From Gemmatimonadota bacterium (lineage in GTDB: Bacteria > Gemmatimonadota > Gemmatimonadetes > Palauibacterales > Palauibacteraceae), in contig JBDHLB010000002.1 of assembly GCA_039586095.1 (NCBI GenBank), forward strand, positions 64,300 to 128,299: a DNA stretch of 64,000 nucleotides, written 5' to 3'. The notes below the pieces were generated by a model. It was not told the origin of the DNA, made no database searches, and saw only the letters and a program-made list of their open reading frames with translations. Of this stretch, positions 50,294 through 60,395 are shown one piece after another. Position 1 is the stretch's first letter, and every line of letters begins with the position of its first letter. Made by a program: the position numbers and the translations under genes.

Positions 50294-52459
50294 TCACGGC
50301 ATCTCGACGTCCTCGTCCCAGATGTGACGGCCGAACCATCCCCAATTATGCCACATCGCCGCCAGACGTTCCTTGGGGCGGGTGATGCCGTGGCCGAAGT
50401 CCTTGTACACGATGAGCTTCGTTTCGACCCCGACGTCCTGTAGCCCCTGATACAGCTCGTACGCGTTGGGGATCGGCACCCGCGCGTCGTTCTCGCCGTG
50501 CTGAATCAGGGTCGGCGTCTGCGCATCGTTGATGTAGGTCATGGGTGACGTCTTGGCGTAGACGTCTGGGTCCTCCCACGGCGTGGCGCCCAGATAGTGC
50601 CTCGTGAAGGGGTGGATATCGGTGTTCACGTAGTAGGTCATCCAGTTCGAGATGCCCGCCCCGACCGAGATCGCCTTGTAGTTGTCGCTGGTGGTGGTCA
50701 GAAAGGCCGAGATGTATCCCCCCTGACTCCACCCCATCGCCCCCAGGCTGTCCGGATGCGCGATCCCCTGATCGATCAGGTGCTGCACGCCGGACTCCAC
50801 ATCCCAGGCGTCCCCCACGCCAAGGTTGCGGTAGTTGAGAGCACGGAAATCCTGCCCGTAGCCGATCGAGCCCCGGTAGTTGGGCTGGAACACCACCGCC
50901 CCCTTCGCCAGCCACTGGCTGACCGGGTAGACGTACGACTCCACCAGGACGGGCCAGTCGATTCCCGACGGACCGCCGTGGATGATCACCAGGGTCGGGT
51001 ATGCGCGATTCGGATCGTAGCCCTCCGGCAGAAACAGCACGCCTTCGACCTCCGTCCCGTCCTCGCTCGTCCACTGGACGACCTCGCGCGTCCCGAGCGG
51101 CCACTCGCTTACCTGACCGGTCATGTCGGTCACGCGCTCCGGAGCCCACGCCGCGCTCTCGCTCCGGTAGATCTCCGTGAGCGTGGTGGGCGTGGCCGCC
51201 GTGAAGGCCACGTGGCGGCCATCGGGCGTGTAGTCGAACGAGAAGAGATTCCGCGGCGTGTCGGCGATCAGGGTGTATTCGCCGGTCTCCAGGTCGAGCT
51301 CGTACAGATTTGTGTGGGTTCGCTCCCAGCAGCCGACCCTGACTCCCATCGGTGTCCACTCGCCCCCGCCGCAGTTGCGGTCGGCGCTCCTCGGAAGCTC
51401 CCGGATCTCTCCGCTGGCAGGGCTCACCAGAGCGGCCTGATCGTTGATGAAGTAGCGGGAGTCCTCGTTCGCCGTGCGGAACAGGATCCACTCGCCGTCC
51501 GGCGACCACATGGGACCCCCATCGAACGCGGGCCGCTCGACGAGCGAGGTGATCTCTCCGGTCTCGACATCGAGCAGAGAGAGATCGCTCTTGGCGAAGG
51601 AGGGAATCGCCGGATCCGGACGGTGGTCGAAGGCGATCGACCTGCCGTCGGGAGACCACGCGACGGTCCCGACCGTGAACTCCTCACCGCCAGTCAGCCG
51701 GCGGAAGGCGGACGGCTCGTCCTTGTCACCCTCGTTGTCCGCTTCACCCCTGTCTCCTTCATCGCCATCTTCCGCGGGCAGAGTCGCTTCTCCATCGCTG
51801 TCGAGCGCCCGCCTCACGTCGAGCAGCCACAGATGCGTCATGCGGTGCTCGGCGTCCTCGACCTCCCAAGCGCCGTATTCCTCTTCCCGCTCCTTGTCTT
51901 CTTCCGACTGCGGCTCGGTGATCGTCACCGCGATAAGGCTCCCGTCCGGCGACCAGTCGTAGCCGCGGACGCCTCGCTCCGAGGCCGTGAGCGGGATCGC
52001 TTCTCCCCCGTCGGGACGGATCACGAACAACTGCTGGTCGTCGCCCCGGTCGGCCAGGAAGGAGATCCACCTTCCATCCGGCGACCACTCCACGTCGAAG
52101 CTGCTGCCCTCGGCGGTACGTGTGAGCTGGAACGGTTCACCGCCCTCGCGTGCCAGCCAGATCTCGGTGTCCCAGCGGTTCGCCGCCCAGTCAGCCTGTG
52201 AAACGGTGTAGGCGATGGTCGAGCCATCCGGCGAGATCCTCGGGGAGCCCGCACTCTTCAGGCCGAGCACGTCGCGGAAGGACGGGGCGCCGGGCACCAC
52301 TACCTCCGGATCCGCATCGGCCCCACCTCGGGTCTCTCCCGCATGGGCTTCCTGGGCATGTGCGGTGTGTGCCGATCCCGGAACGCCGGCGCCAAACAGA
52401 AGGATCGCTGCAAAGCCGGTCGCGGAGAGGTGGATTCCTTTCGACTCTTTGCTCATCAC
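50294..52459 (-). CDS. S9 family serine peptidase (prolyl oligopeptidase/DPP-type) with N-terminal beta-propeller
   Basis: Signal peptide. PD40-like repeats ('SPDGSTIAY', 'SPDGRWISF', 'SPDGSLIAV', 'SPDGRSIAF', 'SPDGEWILF', 'TPDGRHVAF'). Catalytic 'GWSQGGY', then 'ENDARVP' and 'FGHGI'. Start at GTG 52459 or ATG 52456. Confidence 0.9.
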   Translation of the reverse strand: MMSKESKGIHLSATGFAAILLFGAGVPGSAHTAHAQEAHAGETRGGADADPEVVVPGAPSFRDVLGLKSAGSPRISPDGSTIAYTVSQADWAANRWDTEIWLAREGGEPFQLTRTAEGSSFDVEWSPDGRWISFLADRGDDQQLFVIRPDGGEAIPLTASERGVRGYDWSPDGSLIAVTITEPQSEEDKEREEEYGAWEVEDAEHRMTHLWLLDVRRALDSDGEATLPAEDGDEGDRGEADNEGDKDEPSAFRRLTGGEEFTVGTVAWSPDGRSIAFDHRPDPAIPSFAKSDLSLLDVETGEITSLVERPAFDGGPMWSPDGEWILFRTANEDSRYFINDQAALVSPASGEIRELPRSADRNCGGGEWTPMGVRVGCWERTHTNLYELDLETGEYTLIADTPRNLFSFDYTPDGRHVAFTAATPTTLTEIYRSESAAWAPERVTDMTGQVSEWPLGTREVVQWTSEDGTEVEGVLFLPEGYDPNRAYPTLVIIHGGPSGIDWPVLVESYVYPVSQWLAKGAVVFQPNYRGSIGYGQDFRALNYRNLGVGDAWDVESGVQHLIDQGIAHPDSLGAMGWSQGGYISAFLTTTSDNYKAISVGAGISNWMTYYVNTDIHPFTRHYLGATPWEDPDVYAKTSPMTYINDAQTPTLIQHGENDARVPIPNAYELYQGLQDVGVETKLIVYKDFGHGITRPKERLAAMWHNWGWFGRHIWDEDVEMP

Positions 52460-52675
52460 GTGCGCCTCACCGTGGGGGTTCAGGATGAGTCAAGATGCGG
52501 ACGGTCATGAGCCTCCGACAGATCTTCGGGAGAGGCGATCGGGCGTCCCGGCGACCTTCTGGCGACGCTTATCTGGTGGCCGCCGTCCGCGCCCGATCGG
52601 GCGCGTCGATGATGAAGGTCTCCTCGATCGGTTGACCGAATACGTCGGCGATGCGGAAAGCGAGCGGCGCGACTG

Positions 52676-52709
52676 AAAAAACCGGGCGGCCACGATCGTG
52701 ACCGCCCGG
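52676..52709 (-). terminator. Canonical rho-independent terminator after the tricorn gene
   Basis: Stem ccgggcgg (52682-52689) / ccgcccgg (52702-52709), with an inner cac/gtg pairing. It is preceded on the + strand by AAAAAA (52676-52681), i.e. a U6 tract on the minus strand, 53 nt past the stop at 52762. Confidence 0.8.
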
Positions 52710-52761
52710 CGATTGTTGGAACGGCTCGTGCTGCTCGGGAAGCCGCTCCGCGCGGCCTGTC

Positions 52762-55700
52762 CTAGCGGCCGCCGTCTCCCGCCACCCTGCGCTCCGCGCT
52801 CGGGCGCGGCGCCGGCGTCGGCAGGTTCTGCTCGATCAACCGCAGCGTCTCCTCGATCGCTCGTTCGAGCTGCGTGTCCACGCCGCGGGCGAGCTGCCCG
52901 GGGTCTTCGGCCACTGGAATGTCGGGTGCCACGCCGACCCCTTCCTCGAACCACTCTCCATCGGTGCTGTACATCCGGAAGGTCGGAACGGTGGCCACGC
53001 CGCCGTCGACCAGACCCGGAGCACCGCTGATTCCGATCAGGCCGCCCCACGTGCGGGCGCCGATCAGCGGGCCGACCCCTGCCTCGCGGAAGTAGTACGG
53101 GAAGGCATCACCCCCGGAGCCGCTCCAGCCGTTGATCAGCATCACCTTCGGACCGCGGTGCGCGATCGGGGGCCACTGCTGCTGGTCTCCGAACCGTGCC
53201 GCCCAGTAGCTGAGCAGCGGACGGTTCAAGAGCTCGATGAACCGGTCCGGGATCTGGCCGCCGCTGTTCCAGCGCTCGTCGATGATCAGCCCGTCCTTGG
53301 TGAACTGGGCGGCGAACTGCCGGACCAGTTCGTTCTGGGCGTCGATGCCCGTGCTACGCACGTAGACGTAGCCGACACGCCCGTCGGTCGCTTCCTCGAC
53401 CCGCTTCCGGTTCGCCTCGATCCACTCCAGGTGCCGGAGCCGGTTCTCGCTTCCCAGGGGCTCCACGAGAACCTGGCGCGCCCCCTCCATGCTCGGACTG
53501 CTGTTCACCGTAAGCATGACCGGGTTGTCGACCAGGCCCTGGAAGGCGGCCCACGGGTCCTTTGACGTGTCGACCGGGACGCCGTTCACGGCCAGGACGT
53601 AATCGCCCTCGTTCACATCCACACCGGGCTGCCGCAGCGGCGACCGCACCTCGGCGTCCCACGGGGCCCCATCCACGATATGGGCGATACGATACGCCCC
53701 GTTCTCGAGCGACCAGTCAACACCGAGCATGCCAACTCGTCGGGTCGGCGCCGATTCCTGGTCGCCACCGCCTCGATAGGCGTGGGACGCGTTCAGCTCG
53801 GCGATCAGCTCGCCGATCACGAAGTTCAAATCCCAGCGCGTCACGGCGTCGGCGATCAGGGGACCGTACTGCTCGCGCATCGCGTCCCAATCGACCCCGT
53901 GCATGCCCTCGTCGTAGAAGAAGTCGCGCTCGAACCGCCACACGTCGGCGAACATCTGCCGCCACTCGGCGCGCGGATCGACCGTCACCTCCATGTCGCC
54001 GGTTCGCAACGGTTTCTCGAACTTCTGGTCCGGCTTCACATCGATGATCGCCAGCTGTCCGTTGGCGCGAACCAGCATCTTCTTGCCGTCGTGCGTGAGC
54101 GCGTAGTTGTTGGCGTCGCCGATGATCGTCTTGGTCTCGCGCTCCTCGAGGTCGTAGTAACGGATCGGCGCCTCGTCGTCGCCCGAGCCGGAGCGCGGAG
54201 CGTCATGGAAGATCACCTTGCCCGACACGGCGGAGAGCGCGCCGACGTTCCCCGGCTCGGGCGGCAGGATCACCGCCCGCTGCTCGAACCCGGCCAGCAC
54301 GATCTCGACCGCCGCCTCTTCCTCCTCCTGACCGTTGTCGTCGTCGCCGTTCTCTCCGTCCCCGCTTCCGTTCTCTTCCTCCGCGTCCTCCATGTCGTTG
54401 CGTGGGGCCAGCGGCGAGGGAACGTCGGGTCGGAGCGCCACTGCGGCGATGCGCGTCGCGTTCGGATAGCTCCAGCTGTTGTCGAAATCGCTGTAGACAG
54501 GGCTCAATTCGCGGTTGGTATAGAAGAAGAGATACTTGCCGTCCGGGTCGAAGACGGGCTGGAAGTCGGTGTAGTAACCGGAGGTCGCCTGAGTGAGCTG
54601 GCTGGCCTCGGTATCGTACAGAAAGACGGCCGAGTTCCGGTTGACCAGGGGGCGCGCGAAGGTGAGCCAGCGGCCGTCGGATGACCAGTTGAGCCGGTTG
54701 CCGAGCAGCGCACCGTGGTTCATCCACACCGGGCTCTGGTCAATCTGCGTGAGCTGGCCGCTCTCGATGTTCAGGACGCGCAGCTGCCCTAACTCGTCCC
54801 AGAACGCCAGCTTTTCGCTGTCCGGCGACCAGGAGGCCGCGTACCGGAAGCCGGCGCCCAACGAGGTGAGCTTGCGCGCCGCCCCCGACCCGTCGGTCGG
54901 CCGGACGTACAGCTCGTATTCGCCCGAGGCGTCGCTCCAGTACGCGATGTGCTTCGCATCGGGTGACCAGGTCGGATAGCGCTCGGCCACCCCGGACGTG
55001 TTCGTGACGTTCATCACGGGCCCGTGCTCGGCCGGCAGCGTGAAGATGTCACCCCGTGCTTCCAGCACGGCTCGCTTTCCGGTGGGCGACACGTGCCCCG
55101 AGAAGATCAGATCGGCAACCGTCTCCGTGCGCGGCTTGAGGGTCGCGAGATCGGTCACCACGCCGACGTCGACCTCGCGTGTGCTCTCGTCCGCCAGGTC
55201 CATCAGGTAGAGCCGTCCGCCGGCCTGAAACACGAGATCGGTCGGCCCGATGGCCGGAAAGGCGATGTCGAAGTCGGTGAACTGGGTGACCTGGCGCAGC
55301 GAGCCGTCGCCGCGCTCGTACGCCCAGATGTTGTGGCGTTGGGCGGGTCCGCGATCCGACAGGAAGTAGATCGTGTCGCCGTGCCACATCGGCTGGGCGT
55401 CGTTCGCGTCATTGTTCGTGATGTTGACCGCCGTCGAGTCGGTCAGGTCGAACACCCACACCTCGGGCGCCCACCCGCCGCGGTAGCGCTTCCACGTGCG
55501 GAAGTCGCGGGACTTGGGCGTGTAGGCCAGCAGATTTCCATCGTCCGACAGGGTGCCGAACTCGCCGTAAGGGATCGGCAGCTTCGACGGCAGACCACCC
55601 GTCGCCGGTACCTGGAAGAACTGGCTGTACCGCTGTCGGCCGCTCTCCCGGCTGGACGCGAACAGCAGGTGCTCTCCGTCCGGATGCCAGTCCAGGAAAC

Positions 55701-56031
55701 GGTCTCCCATGGGATGGTGCGTCACCCGGGTCGGCTCGCCGCCCATCGCGGGGACGACGTACACGTCCGTGTTACCGTCGTAATTGCCGCTGAATGCGAT
55801 CCGGGAGCCGTCCGGCGAGAATCGCGGGAACGACTCCTCGCCACGTGGCGAGCTCAGACGAAGAGCCGTGCCCCCTTCCTTGGGGACGACCCAGATATCA
55901 CCGGCGTACACGAACGTGAAGTGTGTCGCCGAAACATCCGGGTAGCGAAACATGCGGGCGTCCACCTGCGCGGCCGCCGAGACGGCGGGCAGGCACAGCC
56001 CGGCTGCGAGCACGAATGCACGAATCCTCAT
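52762..56031 (-). CDS. Tricorn protease homolog (S41 family, beta-propellers, PDZ and C-terminal catalytic domain)
   Basis: ATG 56031 with GGAGG upstream. 'MFRYPDVSATHFTFVYAGDIWVVPKEGG.A.RL' is the hallmark tricorn N-terminus. 1089 aa. The C-terminal 'GWSGSGGD' is a Ser nucleophile region. Confidence 0.9.
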   Translation of the reverse strand: MRIRAFVLAAGLCLPAVSAAAQVDARMFRYPDVSATHFTFVYAGDIWVVPKEGGTALRLSSPRGEESFPRFSPDGSRIAFSGNYDGNTDVYVVPAMGGEPTRVTHHPMGDRFLDWHPDGEHLLFASSRESGRQRYSQFFQVPATGGLPSKLPIPYGEFGTLSDDGNLLAYTPKSRDFRTWKRYRGGWAPEVWVFDLTDSTAVNITNNDANDAQPMWHGDTIYFLSDRGPAQRHNIWAYERGDGSLRQVTQFTDFDIAFPAIGPTDLVFQAGGRLYLMDLADESTREVDVGVVTDLATLKPRTETVADLIFSGHVSPTGKRAVLEARGDIFTLPAEHGPVMNVTNTSGVAERYPTWSPDAKHIAYWSDASGEYELYVRPTDGSGAARKLTSLGAGFRYAASWSPDSEKLAFWDELGQLRVLNIESGQLTQIDQSPVWMNHGALLGNRLNWSSDGRWLTFARPLVNRNSAVFLYDTEASQLTQATSGYYTDFQPVFDPDGKYLFFYTNRELSPVYSDFDNSWSYPNATRIAAVALRPDVPSPLAPRNDMEDAEEENGSGDGENGDDDNGQEEEEAAVEIVLAGFEQRAVILPPEPGNVGALSAVSGKVIFHDAPRSGSGDDEAPIRYYDLEERETKTIIGDANNYALTHDGKKMLVRANGQLAIIDVKPDQKFEKPLRTGDMEVTVDPRAEWRQMFADVWRFERDFFYDEGMHGVDWDAMREQYGPLIADAVTRWDLNFVIGELIAELNASHAYRGGGDQESAPTRRVGMLGVDWSLENGAYRIAHIVDGAPWDAEVRSPLRQPGVDVNEGDYVLAVNGVPVDTSKDPWAAFQGLVDNPVMLTVNSSPSMEGARQVLVEPLGSENRLRHLEWIEANRKRVEEATDGRVGYVYVRSTGIDAQNELVRQFAAQFTKDGLIIDERWNSGGQIPDRFIELLNRPLLSYWAARFGDQQQWPPIAHRGPKVMLINGWSGSGGDAFPYYFREAGVGPLIGARTWGGLIGISGAPGLVDGGVATVPTFRMYSTDGEWFEEGVGVAPDIPVAEDPGQLARGVDTQLERAIEETLRLIEQNLPTPAPRPSAERRVAGDGGR

Positions 56032-56141
56032 CGGGTATCCTCCGAGTGTCTGCTTGGTGTGACCTTCCTGATAACGGCTTTTGATGCGGCGCTTCGAGGT
56101 ACTCCCTTACGGAACTTCCTTCACCGGAGTGTCGTCGCGCG

Positions 56142-57398
56142 CTACATGTTGTCCACCACGGCGCGACCGAACTCGCTCGTCTTGAGCAGCGTGGCGCCTT
56201 CCATGAGGCGCTCGAAGTCGTAGGTGACTCTCTTCTCCGAGATCGTCTTCTCCAGTCCCTGAACGATGAGGTCCGCCGCTTCGGTCCATCCCATGTGACG
56301 GAGCATCATCTCGCCCGACAGCACGAGCGAGCCGGGGTTCACCTTGTCCTGCCCCGCGTACTTGGGGGCCGTGCCGTGCGTGGCCTCGAAGATGGCGTGT
56401 CCGGAGTCGAAGTTGATGTTGGCGCCGGGGGCGATCCCGATTCCGCCCACCTGCGCGGCGAGGGCATCGGAGATGTAGTCGCCGTTCAGGTTCATGGTCG
56501 CGATCACGTCGTATTCGGCCGGTCGGGTCAGGATCTGCTGCAGGAAGGCGTCGGCGATGACGTCCTTGATCAGGATGCCGTCATCGGTTTCGCACCACGG
56601 ACCGCCGCCGACCTCCTTGGCTCCGAACTCCTCCTTCGCGAGCTCGTAGCCCCAGTCCCGGAAGCCACCCTCGGTGAACTTCATGATGTTGCCCTTGTGG
56701 ACGAGCGTGACGCTCTTGAAGCCGCGCTCGCGGGCGTTGTTGATGGCGGCCCGCACCAGGCGCTTCGTGCCCTCCTCCGAAATCGGCTTCACGCCGATCG
56801 AGGCGGTCGCCGGGAAGCGGATCGTGGTCACCCCCATTTCCTCGCGGAGGAAGTCGATGATCTTCCTCACTTCCTCCGTGCCCTCCTGCCACTCGATGCC
56901 CGCATAGATGTCTTCCGTGTTCTCCCGGAAGATCACCATGTCCACCAGCTCCGGCTCTTTCACCGGTGAGGGCGTGCCCGCGTAGTAGCGGACCGGTCGC
57001 ACGCAGGCGAACAGGTCGAGCTTCTGGCGGAGCGTCACGTTGAGCGACCGGAAGCCACCGCCCACGGGCGTGGTGAGCGGGCCCTTGATGGCCACCAGGT
57101 GGTGTCGAATGGCGGTCAGCGTGTCGGCGGGCAGCCAGTCGTCGAACGTGTGGAACGCCTTCTCGCCGGCGAACACCTCGAACCACACGATGCGCCGATC
57201 GCCGCCGTACGCCTTCTCGACGGCTCCGTCGAAGACGTGCTTGGCGGCGGCCCAGATGTCGGGCCCGGTGCCGTCGCCTTCGATGAAGGGGATGATCGGC
57301 TGGCTCGGGACGTTCAGGCGACCGTCTTCCAGAGTGATCAGTTCTCCCTCGCTCGGGGGAGTGAGGTTGTCGTATGCAGGGCTCGTTGCTGTCTTCAT
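56142..57398 (-). CDS. icd: NADP-dependent isocitrate dehydrogenase (homodimeric type)
   Basis: 418 aa. '[14 protein letters not shown]', '[20 protein letters not shown]' and '[25 protein letters not shown]' are canonical Icd blocks. Confidence 0.95.
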   Translation of the reverse strand: MKTATSPAYDNLTPPSEGELITLEDGRLNVPSQPIIPFIEGDGTGPDIWAAAKHVFDGAVEKAYGGDRRIVWFEVFAGEKAFHTFDDWLPADTLTAIRHHLVAIKGPLTTPVGGGFRSLNVTLRQKLDLFACVRPVRYYAGTPSPVKEPELVDMVIFRENTEDIYAGIEWQEGTEEVRKIIDFLREEMGVTTIRFPATASIGVKPISEEGTKRLVRAAINNARERGFKSVTLVHKGNIMKFTEGGFRDWGYELAKEEFGAKEVGGGPWCETDDGILIKDVIADAFLQQILTRPAEYDVIATMNLNGDYISDALAAQVGGIGIAPGANINFDSGHAIFEATHGTAPKYAGQDKVNPGSLVLSGEMMLRHMGWTEAADLIVQGLEKTISEKRVTYDFERLMEGATLLKTSEFGRAVVDNM

Positions 57399-57578
57399 GA
57401 CTCTCTTCGCGGGTTCTCTGCCTCGCGTGTGGCGCGCTTCGTGCGCTTCACGTTCGCGTTGTTCTTCGGCCGCACGTTACTCTGTACGCGCGCCGGGGAT
57501 CGGATGTCGGGTGAACCACATCCACGAACGTACGCGCAGGCAGCGGTCCCGTCGACGGAGAACCGAGTCTTCTCTAGC

Positions 57579-59735
57579 ATGCGCCTGAACAACCGACTTG
57601 CACGGTCCCTGGTGAGCGTCGCGGCGCTCCTGGCGGCGGCCCTCCTAACCCTCGCTCATTTCCACGTCACCGGCCGGGGTCCCGAGTACGTCGGGCCGCT
57701 GCGTCTCCTCGATGTTCTGTTCGACCTGGCCCTGGCGCTGGTGATCGTCGGCGTCGGTACCGCGCTCGGACGACTGCTTATCAACCGTCTGTTCCCCAGG
57801 TCGGAGCTGGATTCCACCGAGTCGCTTCTGTTCGGTGTGGCGCTGGGACTCGGCACGCTGGCAACGGCGTATCTCTGCCTCGGTGTTCTCAGCCTGTTGG
57901 ACACGTGGGCGCTCACAGCGTTGCTCGCCGTGACGGCCGCCTTCTCGTGGCGGGAGCTGCGATCGCTGCCGGGGCTGTTGCGGGAAGTCGTCGACTTCGT
58001 GCGGACGAACGGAGGCGGTCTCCCGGTCGAGGCGCTCAGGAGGGTCGTGTTCGCCGTCGTCGTGCTCTTCCTGTTCGTTCAGGCCGGGGCGCCGCCGGTC
58101 GACTGGGACGCGCTGATGTACCACCTGCAGGTGCCCACCCAGTTCCTGGAGCAGGGGCGGATCTTCGTGCCCCAGGACAACCTGCACGTCGCCTTCGTCG
58201 GGCTCGTGCACATGCTCTACCTCCCGATGCTGGCTCTCGAGAGCCAGGCGGGCCCGGCATTCTTCAGCGCCGTGCTGGCGCTCCTGCTGGGCCTGGCCGT
58301 GTTTCGGTTCTGCGTGCGCTTCTTCGGCTCGACGGGCGGCACGTCCGGCCAGGCGGAGGGCTTCGCGGGGGCGGTCGGCTCGATCGGCATGGCCACCATC
58401 TGGGGCACGGGCTCGGTGCTGCTGGTCGCGATTACGCCTCGAGTCGACGTGACCCTTACCCTGTATCTGTTTCTGGCCCACTACACGCTGATCCGTGCGC
58501 TGACCGACGCCGACACCCGGAGAGCCAGCCTGTATCTGTCGGTCGTCCTCTTGGGACTTTCGTTCGGGGTGAAATATCAGGCCGTGCCTTACGCGCTGGC
58601 CCTGATACCGCTCGGCGTTTGGAGCGCCGTGAAGGCGGGAGGAGGGTTGCACAGGGAGTCGGTCGGAGTGCCAGGCACGTTGCGACTGCTGGGCGGCCTT
58701 GCGCTGGCCGGCGTCCTCGTTGCCGCCCCATGGCTGCTCATGAAGCTGCTTCTGCTCGGCTCGCCCGTGTACCCGTTCCTGGCAGACCGACTGCTCGAGC
58801 CCTGGTTGGCCTCGATCTACGGGACGGCGACCGTCCCCGAGACCGTGAACCCGGAGATCTGGCGTGCGCTCGGCTCCGTGCGCTCGCCGTTCAATCTGGT
58901 GGACGTGTTCCTCGCGCCCGAACGACTGACGGTGGAAAGCGAGGGCTCGTTCTACCACGCGAGCCCGCTCTTCCTTCTCCTGCTCTTCTGGCCGCTCGTG
59001 TGGCGACAGAGGATTCTCGCGTACCTCGGCCTGCCCGCGCTCGCCTACGCGCTCATCCTCATCCTCCCCTTCAGCACCACGAATCTCCGGTACCTGATCC
59101 CGTTGGCCGCGCCGCTCACCATCGTCGGCTCGTTCATCCTGGTCCGGGGATGCGATTGGCTGCTGCCCTCGCGTGCCGCCCGGCTCGTCGCGGTTGTGCT
59201 GGCCGCCCTCGTCCTGATCCCCAGCGTCCGGGCCGGCTACGCCACGCTCATGGGGACCCGCAGCCTGGGCTACGTGGCGGGGAGCACTTCGACGACGGAG
59301 TACATGATCTCACACTACGACCCCGGCGTGCGGATCTACGGCTCCCTGGTCGAGTTTCTGGACGAGTCGGCCCCTCCCGACGCGACAATGCTCATGCTGT
59401 TCGAGGCCCGTGGCTACCATCTGCGCACCGGGGTCATTCAGGACAATCGGCTCACCAACTGGCCCCTGATCGTCCCCTACCTGTCCGACCCGAACTGCCT
59501 GGGCGCAGTGGGGGCGACCCACATGATCCTCGCGACCGGCTCCCTCAGCTACTACGTGTCGCGTGGGCTGGATCCGGAGGTGATGGACCTCGACCTGTTG
59601 CAGGGCTTCGTGAGTCGCTGCTTGCAGCCGATCTACGAAGGGCCGGGTTTCGCTGTGTTCGAGTCAGTCCGCACGCCACGCGTGAGCCACGAGTCCGATG
59701 CCACGGCGCGTGTCGAGGAAGCGTCGCTGAATTAA
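57579..59735 (+). CDS. Large polytopic membrane protein, GT-C (ArnT/PMT_2-like) glycosyltransferase candidate (718 aa)
   Basis: ATG 57579 (MRLNNRLARS...). At least 12 TM helices. Acidic first-loop motif 'PPVDWDALMYH'. Soluble C-terminal ~150 aa. The track ORF (from 57099) is an antisense-of-icd over-extension. Confidence 0.6.
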   Translation: MRLNNRLARSLVSVAALLAAALLTLAHFHVTGRGPEYVGPLRLLDVLFDLALALVIVGVGTALGRLLINRLFPRSELDSTESLLFGVALGLGTLATAYLCLGVLSLLDTWALTALLAVTAAFSWRELRSLPGLLREVVDFVRTNGGGLPVEALRRVVFAVVVLFLFVQAGAPPVDWDALMYHLQVPTQFLEQGRIFVPQDNLHVAFVGLVHMLYLPMLALESQAGPAFFSAVLALLLGLAVFRFCVRFFGSTGGTSGQAEGFAGAVGSIGMATIWGTGSVLLVAITPRVDVTLTLYLFLAHYTLIRALTDADTRRASLYLSVVLLGLSFGVKYQAVPYALALIPLGVWSAVKAGGGLHRESVGVPGTLRLLGGLALAGVLVAAPWLLMKLLLLGSPVYPFLADRLLEPWLASIYGTATVPETVNPEIWRALGSVRSPFNLVDVFLAPERLTVESEGSFYHASPLFLLLLFWPLVWRQRILAYLGLPALAYALILILPFSTTNLRYLIPLAAPLTIVGSFILVRGCDWLLPSRAARLVAVVLAALVLIPSVRAGYATLMGTRSLGYVAGSTSTTEYMISHYDPGVRIYGSLVEFLDESAPPDATMLMLFEARGYHLRTGVIQDNRLTNWPLIVPYLSDPNCLGAVGATHMILATGSLSYYVSRGLDPEVMDLDLLQGFVSRCLQPIYEGPGFAVFESVRTPRVSHESDATARVEEASLN

Positions 59736-60395
59736 ACGGAAGGGCATGGAGGCCATCCACGTTGCCCATCCGAAGGCGGCGGGAGGCTGCAGGGCCCTCC
59801 CGCTGGCGGCGGTCCGCTCGGCCAGCGAGTCGCCCGTGGTCTGCCGGCGTGCGATCGAATGGCGCAGCCACTCCAGCATGTTGCCCAAGGGATAACCGTA
59901 GCTCCATACGCGTGGCTCGGTGTAGCCGGCATCGTACAGCAGCTTCGAGAGCTCATCGGGCTCATATCGGCGGTAATGACCGGCCCTCTCGTCCCAGGGC
60001 CCGAAGCGATCGCGGAAAGCGGGCACGCTGAGAATCAGTGACCGGCCAGGGGCTAGGTGCTCCCGCCATTGTCGGAGTGCACCCCGGTCGTCTTCGATGT
60101 GCTCCAACACCTCGAAAACGCAGATGAGATCGAAGGACATGTTCTTCTGAAGGACCGACGTATCGCCGCATGTCACGGTCCCGCCGAAGCGCTCCAGCCG
60201 GCGCTTGGCCCTTTCCCACGAGATGGCATCTTGCTCGAGCCCCAGATAACGAAACCGGCTGGCCAGACGCGTTCCCATCGATCCCTCACCCACACCTATC
60301 TCGAGGACCGTCTCCACGCTGTCCAGGCTATCGAGCAGCGGACTGACAATGTCGTAGCGCAGCCAGGCCGTAAGCGTCATCGGTGGATAACTCAT
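59664..60395 (-). CDS. Class I SAM-dependent methyltransferase
   Basis: ATG 60395 overlaps the GT4 stop (ATGA). Motif I 'VLEIGVGEGSMG' and motif post-II 'FDLICVFEVLEHI'. The 3' end overlaps the convergent GT-C gene by 72 nt. Confidence 0.8.
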   Translation of the reverse strand: MSYPPMTLTAWLRYDIVSPLLDSLDSVETVLEIGVGEGSMGTRLASRFRYLGLEQDAISWERAKRRLERFGGTVTCGDTSVLQKNMSFDLICVFEVLEHIEDDRGALRQWREHLAPGRSLILSVPAFRDRFGPWDERAGHYRRYEPDELSKLLYDAGYTEPRVWSYGYPLGNMLEWLRHSIARRQTTGDSLAERTAASGRALQPPAAFGWATWMASMPFRLIQRRFLDTRRGIGLVAHAWRAD

